Shown piece by piece: positions 1 to 9,790 of a DNA stretch of 32,000 bases. Numbering within the stretch: the stretch's first letter is position 1; every line of letters begins with the position of its first letter. Below the pieces are notes generated by a model, which did not search any database, was not told where the DNA came from, and was given only the letters and a program-made list of their open reading frames with translations. The DNA comes from Desulfotalea psychrophila LSv54. GTDB lineage: Bacteria > Desulfobacterota > Desulfobulbia > Desulfobulbales > Desulfocapsaceae. The stretch lies in assembly GCF_000025945.1 (NCBI RefSeq), contig NC_006138.1, positions 1,740,001-1,772,000 on the forward strand, read 5' to 3'. The position numbers and the translations under genes are program-made.

Positions 1-35
1 GGCTTACTGTCCAGTAATACGGCGTAAAAAATTAC

Positions 36-701
36 ATGCTTGATTTTAAATTTGAAATTTTAAAAACTGCCTACCCTATGCTCTGTCAAGGGGTTTGGGC
101 AACAGCGAAGGTAGTCTTTTTTTCTTTTATTCTTGCGATGTTGTTTGGCTTGATAGTGGGGGTTGCCAGATATCGGTCACGGAGTTTATATCTTCTCTTT
201 TCTCCCTACGTAGAGTTTTTTCGAGGGACCCCGTTGCTGATTCAGCTCTTTTTTATTTACTATGGCCTACCAACCATTGGCATATCCATGGATAGTTTTA
301 CGGCAGCCTGTCTCGGCCTTGGCTTGAATGGTGGGGCCTATATCTCCGAGATAATAAGAGGTTCACTCTTATCGGTTGATCAGGATCAGCTGGAGGCCTC
401 ATATGCCTTGGGGCTGACCTGGTTTCAATCTATGGTCTATGTTATTTTTCCTCAGGCATTTACGGTCGCCATTCCGCCTCTTGTAAATTCTTTTTCTTCT
501 CTTTTAAAGGACACCTCTCTGGTATCTGTCTTGGCGATAACCGAGCTGACCAGGGTAGGTCAGCTTATTTACACGAGAACATTTAGGGCTTTTGAAATCT
601 ACCTTGCCATTGGAATGCTTTATTTTATGATGACTTTTGTCATGACACTGCTCTCCAAATATCTCGAAAAAAAATACAAAGTTCAAGGGCGTATTTCATA
701 G
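36..701 (+). CDS. Polar amino acid ABC transporter permease (HisM/GlnP-type)
   Basis: Protein MLDFKFEILKTAYPMLCQGVWATAKVVFFSF... with multiple TM segments and the conserved EFFRGTPLLIQLFFIYYGLP and EASYALGLTWFQSMVYVIFPQAF motifs typical of this permease family. Confidence 0.93.
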   Translation: MLDFKFEILKTAYPMLCQGVWATAKVVFFSFILAMLFGLIVGVARYRSRSLYLLFSPYVEFFRGTPLLIQLFFIYYGLPTIGISMDSFTAACLGLGLNGGAYISEIIRGSLLSVDQDQLEASYALGLTWFQSMVYVIFPQAFTVAIPPLVNSFSSLLKDTSLVSVLAITELTRVGQLIYTRTFRAFEIYLAIGMLYFMMTFVMTLLSKYLEKKYKVQGRIS

Positions 702-888
702 GAGAAGGCCATACGTCTAGCAATGACCGGGCAGGTTCAGTGCCCTCTCTTAAATGTGAGGGGGGCTCTGTGTGCTCTTCGCTTTCTGCTACTGGAGGGG
801 ACTGCATTAGACTAAGTTCGGTGAAATACGTATAATATGGATGGGGGCAGACAGCGTAGAGGAGCAATATAAATTAAATTGAGGGGAG

Positions 889-2223
889 ATGAATATGGCT
901 AAAAAAGTGATCATTATGGGTGGTGCCGGTCGTGATTTTCATAATTTCAATGTCTACTTCAAGGATAACCCCCACTATGAGGTCGTGGCCTTTACCGCAG
1001 CGCCCCAGATTCCTGGGGTTGAAGGTCGCTTCTACCCAACCGAGTTGGCAGGTAAACTTTATCCAACGGGTATTCCCATTTATTTTGAAACAGAGCTTGC
1101 CTCCCTTATTCGCAGGCATACGGTTGAGCTGGTGGCCTTCTCCTATAGTGATGTGCCCTATTCTGAGGTAATGCACCAGGCCTCGATTGCCATGGCAGAG
1201 GATGCAGACTTTATTATGCTTGGGGCCAAATCGACAATGCTCAAGTCAGCTAAACCGGTAATTGCCGTTTGCGCAGTGCGAACGGGTTGCGGTAAATCTC
1301 AAACTACCCGCAAAATATGTGAAATTCTGATGGCAAGAGGAAAGAGGGTTGTGGTTGTCCGTCATCCCATGGCCTATGGTGACTTGGGTAAACAGGTAGT
1401 GCAGCGTTTTTCCTCCTATGATGATTTTGCAAGGCATCGCTGTAGCATTGAAGAACGAGAGGAGTATGAGCATCTGGTTGACCTTGGCATTCTGGTTTTC
1501 GCAGGTGTTGATTATCAGAAAATTCTGCAGGAGGCGGAAAGGGAAGCTGATATTATTATTTGGGATGGTGGCAACAACGATATCCCTTTTTTCTTGCCGG
1601 ATATTCATATCGTCCTCTTTGATCCGCATCGTCCCGGTCATGAACTCCTCTATTATCCGGGGGAAACCAATATGCTTATGGCTGATATTGCCATAATTAA
1701 TAAGGTTAATACCGCCGTCCCTGAACAGATAGAACAGGTTCGGCATAATATTGAGCTGCATGCCCCCCAAGCGCAAATAATACTGGCCGACTCAAAAATC
1801 ACTGTCAGTGAAGAGGGGCTCATTAAGAACAAGAGGGTACTTGTGGTTGAAGACGGGCCGACTCTTACCCATGGCGGCATGTCCTATGGTGCCGGAATGA
1901 TCGCGGCAGAGATGTATGGAGCGGCAGAGATAGTTGATCCCCGCCCCTATTCTGTCGGAACCCTCAGAGAAACCTATGAAAAATACCCACATATCGGTCC
2001 GCTGCTACCGGCAATGGGCTATAGTCCTGCTCAGATTGCTGATCTTGAGAAAACAATCAACAGTGTTGCCTGTGATCTTGTCCTCTTGGCCACCCCGATC
2101 AGGCTGGATCGACTGCTCTCCATCAATCGTCCTCTCTTGCAGGTTTCTTATGACTACAGCGATCATGGTCAGCCCGACCTGGAGAGTATTCTCCTCTCCT
2201 TCCTTGCCGGGCTTATTACCTGA
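889..2223 (+). CDS. Cyclic 2,3-diphosphoglycerate synthetase-like P-loop protein
   Basis: MAKKVIIMGGAGRDFHNFNVYFKDNPHYEVVAFTAAPQIPGVEGRFYPTELAG... and VRTGCGKSQTTRKI P-loop-like segment; preceded by ggggag RBS. Confidence 0.82.
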   Translation: MNMAKKVIIMGGAGRDFHNFNVYFKDNPHYEVVAFTAAPQIPGVEGRFYPTELAGKLYPTGIPIYFETELASLIRRHTVELVAFSYSDVPYSEVMHQASIAMAEDADFIMLGAKSTMLKSAKPVIAVCAVRTGCGKSQTTRKICEILMARGKRVVVVRHPMAYGDLGKQVVQRFSSYDDFARHRCSIEEREEYEHLVDLGILVFAGVDYQKILQEAEREADIIIWDGGNNDIPFFLPDIHIVLFDPHRPGHELLYYPGETNMLMADIAIINKVNTAVPEQIEQVRHNIELHAPQAQIILADSKITVSEEGLIKNKRVLVVEDGPTLTHGGMSYGAGMIAAEMYGAAEIVDPRPYSVGTLRETYEKYPHIGPLLPAMGYSPAQIADLEKTINSVACDLVLLATPIRLDRLLSINRPLLQVSYDYSDHGQPDLESILLSFLAGLIT

Positions 2224-2654
2224 TGTCCCAAAATTATTAAAGGGGCTGAAGGCAGGGCGGGTTCTTATCGGGCCATAAATCAGCGCAAAATCCAGGCCGA
2301 TTCAGCGCCCTTTCTTGAGTTTATGTTGCCGATGAGTTGCCATATAGACCGCTGTAGCAGAGGGAAAACGTGGCCCCTGTTAGCCTCTATGTGAAGGTGG
2401 AAAATGGCAATTCCTTACGGGCTACGGGGTTTGGGAAAGGCTCTGTTGTTTGGCTTATGGTGCCAGGGTGAGTCAATCCAGCACGGGCCACGAGATTTTA
2501 AGTATCGTCAACTTTGTTTGTATATGTCTGTTTTAAAAGAACTTAATATTTGCTTTGATTCTGTTGCGCTCATTTATGCGCTCACTTGTGCCTGTCGTTT
2601 TCAGGTAATGGGTTGGCATCATTATCCTGTTGGGGCTAGTCTTTTGATTTAAAT

Positions 2655-3254
2655 TTACTGTTCAAGAGAGCTTTCGGTTACGAGATCGTCCACCATTTCA
2701 GTATATCTTGTCTGCCTTAAACTTAGAGCAAACAAAAGTGTAAAGAAAATGCTAGTGATAAAAAATGGGGCGAAATATACCCCTGGGAAAAAAATCATTC
2801 CAACACAGCTAAGAACTATTATTAAAATAGAGGATAATCCCCATGTTTTATTCACAAAAGTATCTATTTTATGCCACCATGTCTTTTTAAAAAGACCACT
2901 GTATTGAAACGCTCCATCGCTAAAGGTGACCATGCCTGGCGTTCTGTACAATACATATGTTAAAATATTGACTTTATCATCATCTAGTAATCTTAAAATG
3001 TTTGAGTAGCTCATTCTCAAACCGTAAATTAGTCGGAAAATTTCACAGACCCTATGTTTGCTTTTTTGTGCTAAAGCCTCATCAAGTTCTTTGAGCAGTT
3101 CAACTCGGATTTTTCTTGATTGATTTAAGTAGTGGAGCGTCACTGTGAAAGTGCCGATTACCGATATTAAAGTTGTTAAAAGCCTAGCTGTTTCAGTTAG
3201 TTCCATTGGTAGGTGCTCTCCAAGGCCTTTTGCTAATGTCGTTATAGCTGGCAT
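2655..3254 (-). CDS. Small predicted membrane protein, unknown function
   Basis: 199-aa ORF with two hydrophobic C-terminal segments (LSSILIIVLSCVGMIFFPGVYFAPFFITSIFFTLLFAL) and one weaker N-terminal one; same strand and close spacing with neighbouring accessory genes. Confidence 0.55.
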   Translation of the reverse strand: MPAITTLAKGLGEHLPMELTETARLLTTLISVIGTFTVTLHYLNQSRKIRVELLKELDEALAQKSKHRVCEIFRLIYGLRMSYSNILRLLDDDKVNILTYVLYRTPGMVTFSDGAFQYSGLFKKTWWHKIDTFVNKTWGLSSILIIVLSCVGMIFFPGVYFAPFFITSIFFTLLFALSLRQTRYTEMVDDLVTESSLEQ

Positions 3255-3333
3255 AGGTAAAAGGTTGTTTTTTAGAATTTAGGGGCGGAAACGCTTATTT
3301 TGTTGTGATATCCAAGGGAATGGACGCATATTT

Positions 3334-3696
3334 TCAATATGCCCACCAGCCACTGCCTTTTTTTCTTAAATTTTTATCTGCCAGATGAGGGGTGAAATCG
3401 CTTATTTTGGAGGATCCGTTACTCGTTTTGGCATGTTTCATAGGAAATGTCTTGAGTTGATAGCCTTCGTTATCGATTAAAAGAACATGTTCTAAAGACT
3501 GTTTGTAGCCACAATTTTTTCTTCCTTTTTTGTTAAACTGCCATGTCTCACATAATATCATGGAGTTATCTGTGTCTATATCTATGTCCCATGCCCCGAA
3601 AATAACTACTTTGTCTGTGTGATTCACAAATGACCAACTCCAGTGCCAGTTTCGGCATGTTGCGCCCTGAGACTGTATAAAATTTCTTCTATTCAT
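3334..3696 (-). CDS. Uncharacterised N-terminal-domain-like protein, possibly a truncated HNH-type nuclease-associated protein
   Basis: 120-aa ORF MNRRNFIQSQGATCRNWHWSWSFVNHTDKVVIFGAWD... resembles, from memory, the N-terminal domain found in some longer HNH restriction-like proteins; no HNH motif present before the stop. Confidence 0.45.
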   Translation of the reverse strand: MNRRNFIQSQGATCRNWHWSWSFVNHTDKVVIFGAWDIDIDTDNSMILCETWQFNKKGRKNCGYKQSLEHVLLIDNEGYQLKTFPMKHAKTSNGSSKISDFTPHLADKNLRKKGSGWWAY

Positions 3697-3784
3697 AATA
3701 ATTGTGTAGTTCTTTTGTGAACGAATGCGTGAGCATTGTCCTTTTATCGTTGAGCATGATGAGAAAGATTGGCATTGATGTATG

Positions 3785-5233
3785 TTACTCTAATTGGGTC
3801 GCAAGTCTTACAATATCTGGGTATGATTCTATCGATTCAATAGAATCGATGTTCCTAATAATGTTGTTTATCTCTCGATTTGAACCCAAAGTACCCTCAC
3901 TTAACATATTGTCAAAAATTTCTTTGGATATTTTTTTTTTATAGCATTTGAAGTATTCCTGGATGATAGAGGCTAATGTTATCTCTTCTACTAGTATTGG
4001 GTCATTGGTATTGCGGAAACGCTTATAACAAATAACACTGTTGATGCCCCTTTCGGTGTTATTTGGGAAGGATGGCCCTTGGTATCCAGGTTTGAAAATT
4101 TCTTCAAAAAAATCAGGAAATTTCTCTTTTATTAGTACTAGGTAAATAGTAAATAAAGCACCTATTTTTCCCGATCCACTTAGATTGTTAACAATACCTT
4201 CTATTCGTTCGTAACATTGTTTTTGGGTTCTTAGGTCTAGTGAGAATATCTCTGTCAAAGCATAGAAAACGAGGATGCTTTCCATGTTTTTGGGAGAACC
4301 ACGGGGAATAAATAGTGCTTTTGTTGTAGATATTTTCTCTGATCTACCTTGTTGGCTGAAGTCATGTGACATGCTCCTCTCTTGAGAATCAAAGTTTTTA
4401 AAGAGGACTTTCGCAAAATCAAGGTTACTTGGGGCTGGTAGGGTAAACTCTTGATCGAAAAAACGTCGAAGGTACGTTCTTCCATCAAATTTTTCGCCGT
4501 AAATAGCGCATACAGAGTGGGCGAGCTGCTTGGTGTCTGTGGAGATGATAAAATGGATATCTGGCATGTTAAAAAGGTGCTTTACTCTTTCTAGCAGCTC
4601 AATAGCAAAAAGTGGGCGGCATCTATCTAGCTCATCAATGAGTACAAAAAGAGGTAGTTTTTCTCCTATGTCGCTGTTCGTTTCAATTTCATTGAGAAGA
4701 TTTTTTAATCCTATTTGAAAATCTTCTATTGCGGAAATTTCTTTGTTGAAAGATTTTGTTAGTGCTTCCGTTATGTTTTCTGCTGTGCTTTCATCTTCAG
4801 CTGTGAGCTGAAGGAGCGCTTCTCCTTCTTGTTGACCAATTGCCTTTTTGATGAGTCCTTTTGCTAGAATTGGCAGTAGTTTTGTTACAACTTTTGTCCC
4901 TTTTTTTGTCCAGTCCTCACTTTTCTTTTTAGCACCATCTTGGTCAAGCAAAGAGCATAGCTCTCGGGTTATAGCCGATACAAGAGCCAAGAGTGGTTCT
5001 TCGGTGAAGTCGTGCTTCCAAGCATTAAAGATAACTGTGGGATATTTTTCTTTAAGATCTTTTGCCCAGTGGTCTATGAAAAAAGTTTTTCCCGCGCCCC
5101 ATTCAGCATTGATATTGAGGACGAAATTCTCTTTGTTGAGTAGGTAATTGGTCAAGAAATCAGCGTACTGTTTGCGGTTAAAAAGATCATCTGCCCACAT
5201 TTTGTTGTTGTCTTGTGTTGTCTCTTCAGTCAT
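3785..5233 (-). CDS. KAP-family P-loop NTPase
   Basis: Walker A NAEWGAGKTFFI, KAP-typical FNAWKHDF..EPLLALVSAI, Walker B LFVLIDELDRCRP, IHFIISTDTKQLAHSVCAIYG. Confidence 0.88.
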   Translation of the reverse strand: MTEETTQDNNKMWADDLFNRKQYADFLTNYLLNKENFVLNINAEWGAGKTFFIDHWAKDLKEKYPTVIFNAWKHDFTEEPLLALVSAITRELCSLLDQDGAKKKSEDWTKKGTKVVTKLLPILAKGLIKKAIGQQEGEALLQLTAEDESTAENITEALTKSFNKEISAIEDFQIGLKNLLNEIETNSDIGEKLPLFVLIDELDRCRPLFAIELLERVKHLFNMPDIHFIISTDTKQLAHSVCAIYGEKFDGRTYLRRFFDQEFTLPAPSNLDFAKVLFKNFDSQERSMSHDFSQQGRSEKISTTKALFIPRGSPKNMESILVFYALTEIFSLDLRTQKQCYERIEGIVNNLSGSGKIGALFTIYLVLIKEKFPDFFEEIFKPGYQGPSFPNNTERGINSVICYKRFRNTNDPILVEEITLASIIQEYFKCYKKKISKEIFDNMLSEGTLGSNREINNIIRNIDSIESIESYPDIVRLATQLE

Positions 5234-5362
5234 ATCAAAATATTATTTTAACGTCTAAGTAGATAGATTTGTTGTAATGTGGTGAAAACCTTTCATATAC
5301 TCTGCACTTATTTTACCCGCTCTCTATCACATATCTTTTCTAGTGAGGTAAGCATTCATTGA

Positions 5363-6511
5363 TTAACCTGAGCAAATTATTTGTTCAACAACGCCTTGAA
5401 CTGTAATAGTCATTGTCTCTTCTGGTGTGTTATTGATTCTTACGTAGAAACTATTTTTTTTAATTTGTTCAGAGCTATATATTGGTTCGTATCTCATGCA
5501 TATTAGTATTGCTCCTATTAGCTTACGAAGTTTGGATGGTATTGGACCCAATAAAATTTTTTGGTGCTCTGGTTTGAGCTGAGTAGGATTTTCACTTTGA
5601 TAGAATTGTGAGAATGATTCTCGCACAGCTAGGCAATCCTCGTTTTGTCCATATGCTATTGATTTGTAGAGGTGCATTTTGCACGTAATGTTTGGAGAAC
5701 TAATAGGCAAATGCTCGAAAAATTCAAATTTTTCGATAAGGATTTTAAATTTTTTGGATCCATAACTGCTTAGACCATGGAAAAAAAGTAAGTGGATTTC
5801 ATCTGTTGAAAGTTGAGATCTAATGAAGTTGGAATATTGTTTTTTATTTTTTCCCTCTGCGTTAGTTTCTATGAACAAGAGGATTTGGTAGAGGGTTTTG
5901 TGGTAATGCGCTAAAGACGATTCTATCTCTTTGTATCTTGTATTATAACGTTCGATGATATGATTTCTATGGCAGTCGCGGTTTTCTATTTGAAAAGACA
6001 TGATGCGAAGGATCTCTGAGAAACATTTTTTGCGGGTAACGATTTTATTTTCAGAGATTAATTCGAGAGAGGCCACGATGTCGTTGTAAAGACTCATTAG
6101 GTGGAAGAACGTTTTTTCAAAATTGTCTTTTTGTATAGCTTGGTATTGCAGTTCCGCTGTGTCAGCAGCACATTTTTGTGCTACAGCAGATTTAGCCAGT
6201 TCCTTTCTTGTGAGCGTGAGTTCTTCTCTTGAGAGAGCTAGCTCAGTTTGAGATGTTTTGAGTTGTTGGGCTTGGAAGTGAAGGGTTAGCAGTATTGCTA
6301 TAAGTCCAAAAAAGCTGAGGATTGGGCCAAGAGATCCGCCAACAAAATCGCCAAATGCTGACCAGTCTGCTTGTGCTGTGCTAAACCCACTCTGGAAGTG
6401 ATAGAAATATGTACTGGGAACAACAACTAATCCCAAGAGACCCGCTATGCCTATGATAGTCAGGAAGTTTGGTAGATGGTTTTTTGTATCATTTGTGTAG
6501 GTAGGTTTCAT
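5363..6511 (-). CDS. putAbiC-like (putative phage abortive infection) membrane protein
   Basis: Two N-terminal TM helices, coiled-coil region, then DNFEKTFFHLMSLYNDIVASLEL, characteristic of putAbiC-type proteins. Confidence 0.75.
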   Translation of the reverse strand: MKPTYTNDTKNHLPNFLTIIGIAGLLGLVVVPSTYFYHFQSGFSTAQADWSAFGDFVGGSLGPILSFFGLIAILLTLHFQAQQLKTSQTELALSREELTLTRKELAKSAVAQKCAADTAELQYQAIQKDNFEKTFFHLMSLYNDIVASLELISENKIVTRKKCFSEILRIMSFQIENRDCHRNHIIERYNTRYKEIESSLAHYHKTLYQILLFIETNAEGKNKKQYSNFIRSQLSTDEIHLLFFHGLSSYGSKKFKILIEKFEFFEHLPISSPNITCKMHLYKSIAYGQNEDCLAVRESFSQFYQSENPTQLKPEHQKILLGPIPSKLRKLIGAILICMRYEPIYSSEQIKKNSFYVRINNTPEETMTITVQGVVEQIICSG

Positions 6512-6546
6512 TCTTTAAGCTCTGGGCAGGTTGATTTGATCTTATG

Positions 6547-8133
6547 CTATGCAGCAGCCAGCCCATCTACGGTTGTCGCTATTTGGTCATCTATGCTTGT
6601 TAGGCCCCTAAGCTCTAGCGACTCTCGGTACTCTCTGGCTTCTGCAGCCAGGGTCCATTTCGTATCTATGCCAAGTTTGCTCGTTAAGTCTTTCACGGAG
6701 GCAATATTAACATTGAAGAATTCTTTTCGTTTGTTAATTTTGTTCACTCTGTATTGGTCAAATTGTCGATGTAGTTCACTTTCTAGGGCGGGAGCATTTT
6801 CACTGAACATTAAAGCATGTACGTCAAATGCAAATGGGACACTGGCATCTCCAAGTTCTTTGACGCGATCCAGTGGTTCTAGGCGTCGAGTGAGGCCAAT
6901 TTTGATAACTTTTTCTCCAAAAGAGCCTTCGTTGGAAATTACGTAAACATGACCTCTTTTGGTTTGTTGGGCCATGGATATGGCTCTCTGATTTTTCTCT
7001 TCTGCTTCTGCAAGCTTCGCTTCAAGCTCTTTTAACTGCATTTCAAATTGTGCTTTTTGCTCTTCTGATGCGTTTCCAAGTTCTTTTCTAGCTTCCGCCA
7101 TTGCCTTTTGAAGCATCTTCTCTTCTTTTTCAGCATCACGAACAGCCTTCTCGTATTCTCGCGCTGCCTTTGCTTCTTCACGTAACTCTTCTTTGATGCG
7201 TTTTTGTTCTTCTCTGTCGCGAAGAGCAAGTTCCTGGGTTGCAACTGCCCATTTTAACTCATCCTGGCGGGCGGCGAGGTATTCTGGGGAAATACGGGCA
7301 TTTCGAAATGCAGATCCATTATTATTTACGAGGCTGAAAGCATCAATAATTTGTTGCTGAAGCTTTCCGTAATTGTCATGTTTTACCTTGGACAGGATGG
7401 TTGCTACCTTCCCATTAAAAGCGTCTAAGACAAAGTTGATAGCCGTTTTTTTTCTATTTTCTTCTGCATAATCGCAGGTCGCAGCATATTCATTCTTAAC
7501 AAAATCTCGAACAAGAACTCTTGCTTCTTTAAGTTTTTCCCCAGCTTCTTTAAAGTCGTATTGGTCAGCAAGTTCATCAAGCAGGCTGTCGGGCGGCATG
7601 AGGTATTCTGCACCATAGCCCTTTATGGTGTTTCGCATGGCCGTGACAGCTTTTTTCAATTGCTTTTCGGTTTGCTTGATAGCATAAGCTTCCCCAGCTA
7701 TTTGTTCGGCTTTTTCTTCTGCAGCAGCAATTACCTTATCAGCTTTTTCCTTCGCTTCTCTTCGTACTCTATCTACCCTTTGTCCTGCTTCCTCTAGTTT
7801 TTCAGTCGCTTTTTTCAAGATTGATTTTGCCTGTACCTTTATACTCAGGGCTTCCTTTTCTACATCAAATATAGGAGCATATTTTTCTAATTCTTTCCTT
7901 GCTTGTTGTAGTTCCTTGGAAATTTCATTTTGCTTTATTGTTTCACTTTTAATCGACGCCTCGGCATCAACTCGTAAATCTTCTTCTTCTGCCAAGGCTT
8001 TGGTAAGGTTTGATATTCGAGAGCTCAAGCCATCGTTGATTGATCTGTTTTTTTTCAATTTTATAAATAGATAGATAGCTACAAAAGGTGAAACGAAAAA
8101 CAGGATACCAAAAAAATATTCCATATTACCCAC
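6547..8133 (-). CDS. DUF4041 / T5orf172 (GIY-YIG-superfamily) coiled-coil protein with N-terminal TM helix
   Basis: N-terminal hydrophobic segment, long coiled coil, and GHVYVISNEGSFGEKVIKIGLTRRLEPLDRVKELGDASVPFAFDVHAL near the C-terminus (GIY-YIG/MUG113-like). Confidence 0.85.
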   Translation of the reverse strand: MGNMEYFFGILFFVSPFVAIYLFIKLKKNRSINDGLSSRISNLTKALAEEEDLRVDAEASIKSETIKQNEISKELQQARKELEKYAPIFDVEKEALSIKVQAKSILKKATEKLEEAGQRVDRVRREAKEKADKVIAAAEEKAEQIAGEAYAIKQTEKQLKKAVTAMRNTIKGYGAEYLMPPDSLLDELADQYDFKEAGEKLKEARVLVRDFVKNEYAATCDYAEENRKKTAINFVLDAFNGKVATILSKVKHDNYGKLQQQIIDAFSLVNNNGSAFRNARISPEYLAARQDELKWAVATQELALRDREEQKRIKEELREEAKAAREYEKAVRDAEKEEKMLQKAMAEARKELGNASEEQKAQFEMQLKELEAKLAEAEEKNQRAISMAQQTKRGHVYVISNEGSFGEKVIKIGLTRRLEPLDRVKELGDASVPFAFDVHALMFSENAPALESELHRQFDQYRVNKINKRKEFFNVNIASVKDLTSKLGIDTKWTLAAEAREYRESLELRGLTSIDDQIATTVDGLAAA

Positions 8134-8592
8134 TCCTCTTCTTGATCTTGACTTCTGCTTTTATCGGCAAAAGACAGTTTGTCTTTTTATGTATATAGGT
8201 GAAAAATTAATTATTTTTACCCGTTTGTTTTGTATCAGCACGCCTATCGCAAGCTGTGTGTGGGCAATATTCCATGCGGAGATGAAGCGATCATCGTTAC
8301 CTAGTAGAGAAATTATGGTGGCCAGGAAAATTATGACAAAGGAGATGTGAAGGTGCTTTTCGGATGGTCGCGGGGATGGCGCGGTACTACGATGTGGTAC
8401 ATGCTGAAAAGGATGTTTAAAATTGTTGGCGGAGATTGCTTTGCCTTGATAGCGTTGATCCCCGTGCTGAATGGTTGTATATTTTAATTTTGTGACATTC
8501 TCCCCGGCATGGAGCCAGGTTTCACATTCGTCCATCCTGCCCTTTTCTGTTAGCTTTTTTTCTTGCTCAAAACCTCTGGCAATACCTTTCTG

Positions 8593-8955
8593 CTACTCCA
8601 TACACTGCAAATAGATGTTGCTGACGTACCAGCCGGAGCGGTATTTTTTATGCAGGTAGGTTTCGCTCTCTGCTGAGAAGCTGCGGCCTTTGGTTTTGTA
8701 GTGCCGGATCGTTGTCTCGGTGTGGGCAGTGTCTTCCTTTTTGCTGTTGTCCAGGAAGATGTCGACGTTGAGTTGTTTGCAGGGGGCGCCGCCCTTGATG
8801 AAACCCTTGGTTTTGATTGTGCTACCTGTCTGGCGATAGCTTACCTTAACTTTTCGTCCATCGATGTTGAAGGTGTCGGTCTGTTGGGCGAGGGAAGATG
8901 TGGCGAGTCCAAGGGTCAAAATCAGTGTTATAGTTATTCCTAGTAAGCCTCTCAT
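8593..8955 (-). CDS. Small secreted hypothetical protein
   Basis: 120-aa ORF with clear signal peptide MRGLLGITITLILTLGLATSSLAQQ. Confidence 0.6.
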   Translation of the reverse strand: MRGLLGITITLILTLGLATSSLAQQTDTFNIDGRKVKVSYRQTGSTIKTKGFIKGGAPCKQLNVDIFLDNSKKEDTAHTETTIRHYKTKGRSFSAESETYLHKKYRSGWYVSNIYLQCME

Positions 8956-9074
8956 CTTTTCCTTTTTTGCAACATAAAAATCACTTGTGTATATTGCTAA
9001 CGTATTGAAAATACGTTTACTATCGCCTGTGCATGTACTACGCTGTCACACTGGGGAAGGCAATAAGTTTTCCT

Positions 9075-9524
9075 CTAACCGAGTTTCTTTTCTTGCCTGT
9101 GCTCTATTCTCTTCGCTTTTAGCCATTCCTTGAACTCTGGACTCTCCTGGGTAAGTTTTGCCTTGAGAAGTGCCCAGTAGTCTAATCCGTCGTCCTGTTC
9201 TTCTATCCACTCGATCAGTTCTTTGTGATGCTCATTGGTAATGCTTGTTGCCGTGCGAGCTTCTGTCTTGAAGTCAAAGTTGATGGCATCGCCTTTGGGT
9301 GGTGTATAGGAATACGGTTCTCCCACCCCAGTTGCCAGCCATTCGATATCGCATTTAAAAAACTCTGCTATTTTTACGAGTGTGGTCCGGTGTGGCGTCC
9401 CAACAAACCCTGATACCCACTTGCTCACCTGGGAAGGGTTCTTGCCAATGGCTCGGGCAAGGTCTTTTTGCTCAATTTTTTTTAAATCTATAAGCATTTG
9501 TAATCGCTTGCAAAACTCTTCCAT
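9075..9524 (-). CDS. CI-like phage repressor (XRE-family HTH)
   Basis: MEEFCKRLQMLIDLKKIEQKDLARAIGKNPSQVSKWVSGFVGTPHRTTLVKIAEFFKCDIEWLATGVG; divergent from the Cro-like gene. ATG at 9524 chosen over the upstream GTG at 9536. Confidence 0.88.
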   Translation of the reverse strand: MEEFCKRLQMLIDLKKIEQKDLARAIGKNPSQVSKWVSGFVGTPHRTTLVKIAEFFKCDIEWLATGVGEPYSYTPPKGDAINFDFKTEARTATSITNEHHKELIEWIEEQDDGLDYWALLKAKLTQESPEFKEWLKAKRIEHRQEKKLG

Positions 9525-9589
9525 GTAAGTCACCACATTCCACTAAGTTCAAATTACTGGTTGTCACCACGTGTCATCTACGCTATCCT
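9525..9589. promoter_or_regulatory. Divergent promoter/operator region between CI-like and Cro-like genes
   Basis: Short intergenic region between divergent regulators; direct 8-mer gtcaccac at 9529-9536 and 9563-9570. Confidence 0.55.
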
Positions 9590-9790
9590 GTGTGCATGGA
9601 TAAACAAAAACTCATTCACTTAATTGGTTATGTAACCGGCAAAAATATTCCTGAGTTAGCGGATGAATATGGTTATCCGCCTTCAAGTTTTTACCGCGTC
9701 ATATCGGGACGGGTGAAAAAATCACCCATTAGAAAAATCATATCTGACCTCGTTGATAAACCTATAGATCAGCTTTGGCCAGACAACTAA
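9590..9790 (+). CDS. Small HTH DNA-binding protein in Cro position
   Basis: MDKQKLIHLIGYVTGKNIPELADEYGYPPSSFYRVISGRVKKSPIRKIISDLVDKPIDQLWPDN; first gene of the rightward operon. Start may be ATG at 9596. Confidence 0.75.
   Translation: MCMDKQKLIHLIGYVTGKNIPELADEYGYPPSSFYRVISGRVKKSPIRKIISDLVDKPIDQLWPDN

Noticed and set aside
2404-2652. 82-aa plus-strand ORF
   Set aside because: No domain, convergent with an accessory gene and not supported by an obvious RBS; this gap may instead hold the host/prophage boundary, but I could not identify an att site.
6547-8133. Coiled-coil protein as a homing endonuclease
   Set aside because: The GIY-YIG-like segment sits at the end of a long TM/coiled-coil protein of DUF4041 type, not in a small free-standing or intron-encoded nuclease.
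8161-8535. 124-aa minus-strand ORF
   Set aside because: Composition and lack of recognisable domain or RBS suggest a chance ORF; left out of the feature list.
2224-9074. Expected prophage integrase near the left end
   Set aside because: No tyrosine or serine recombinase motifs recognised in any ORF here. It may lie beyond the right edge or be absent, so the left prophage boundary is undefined.
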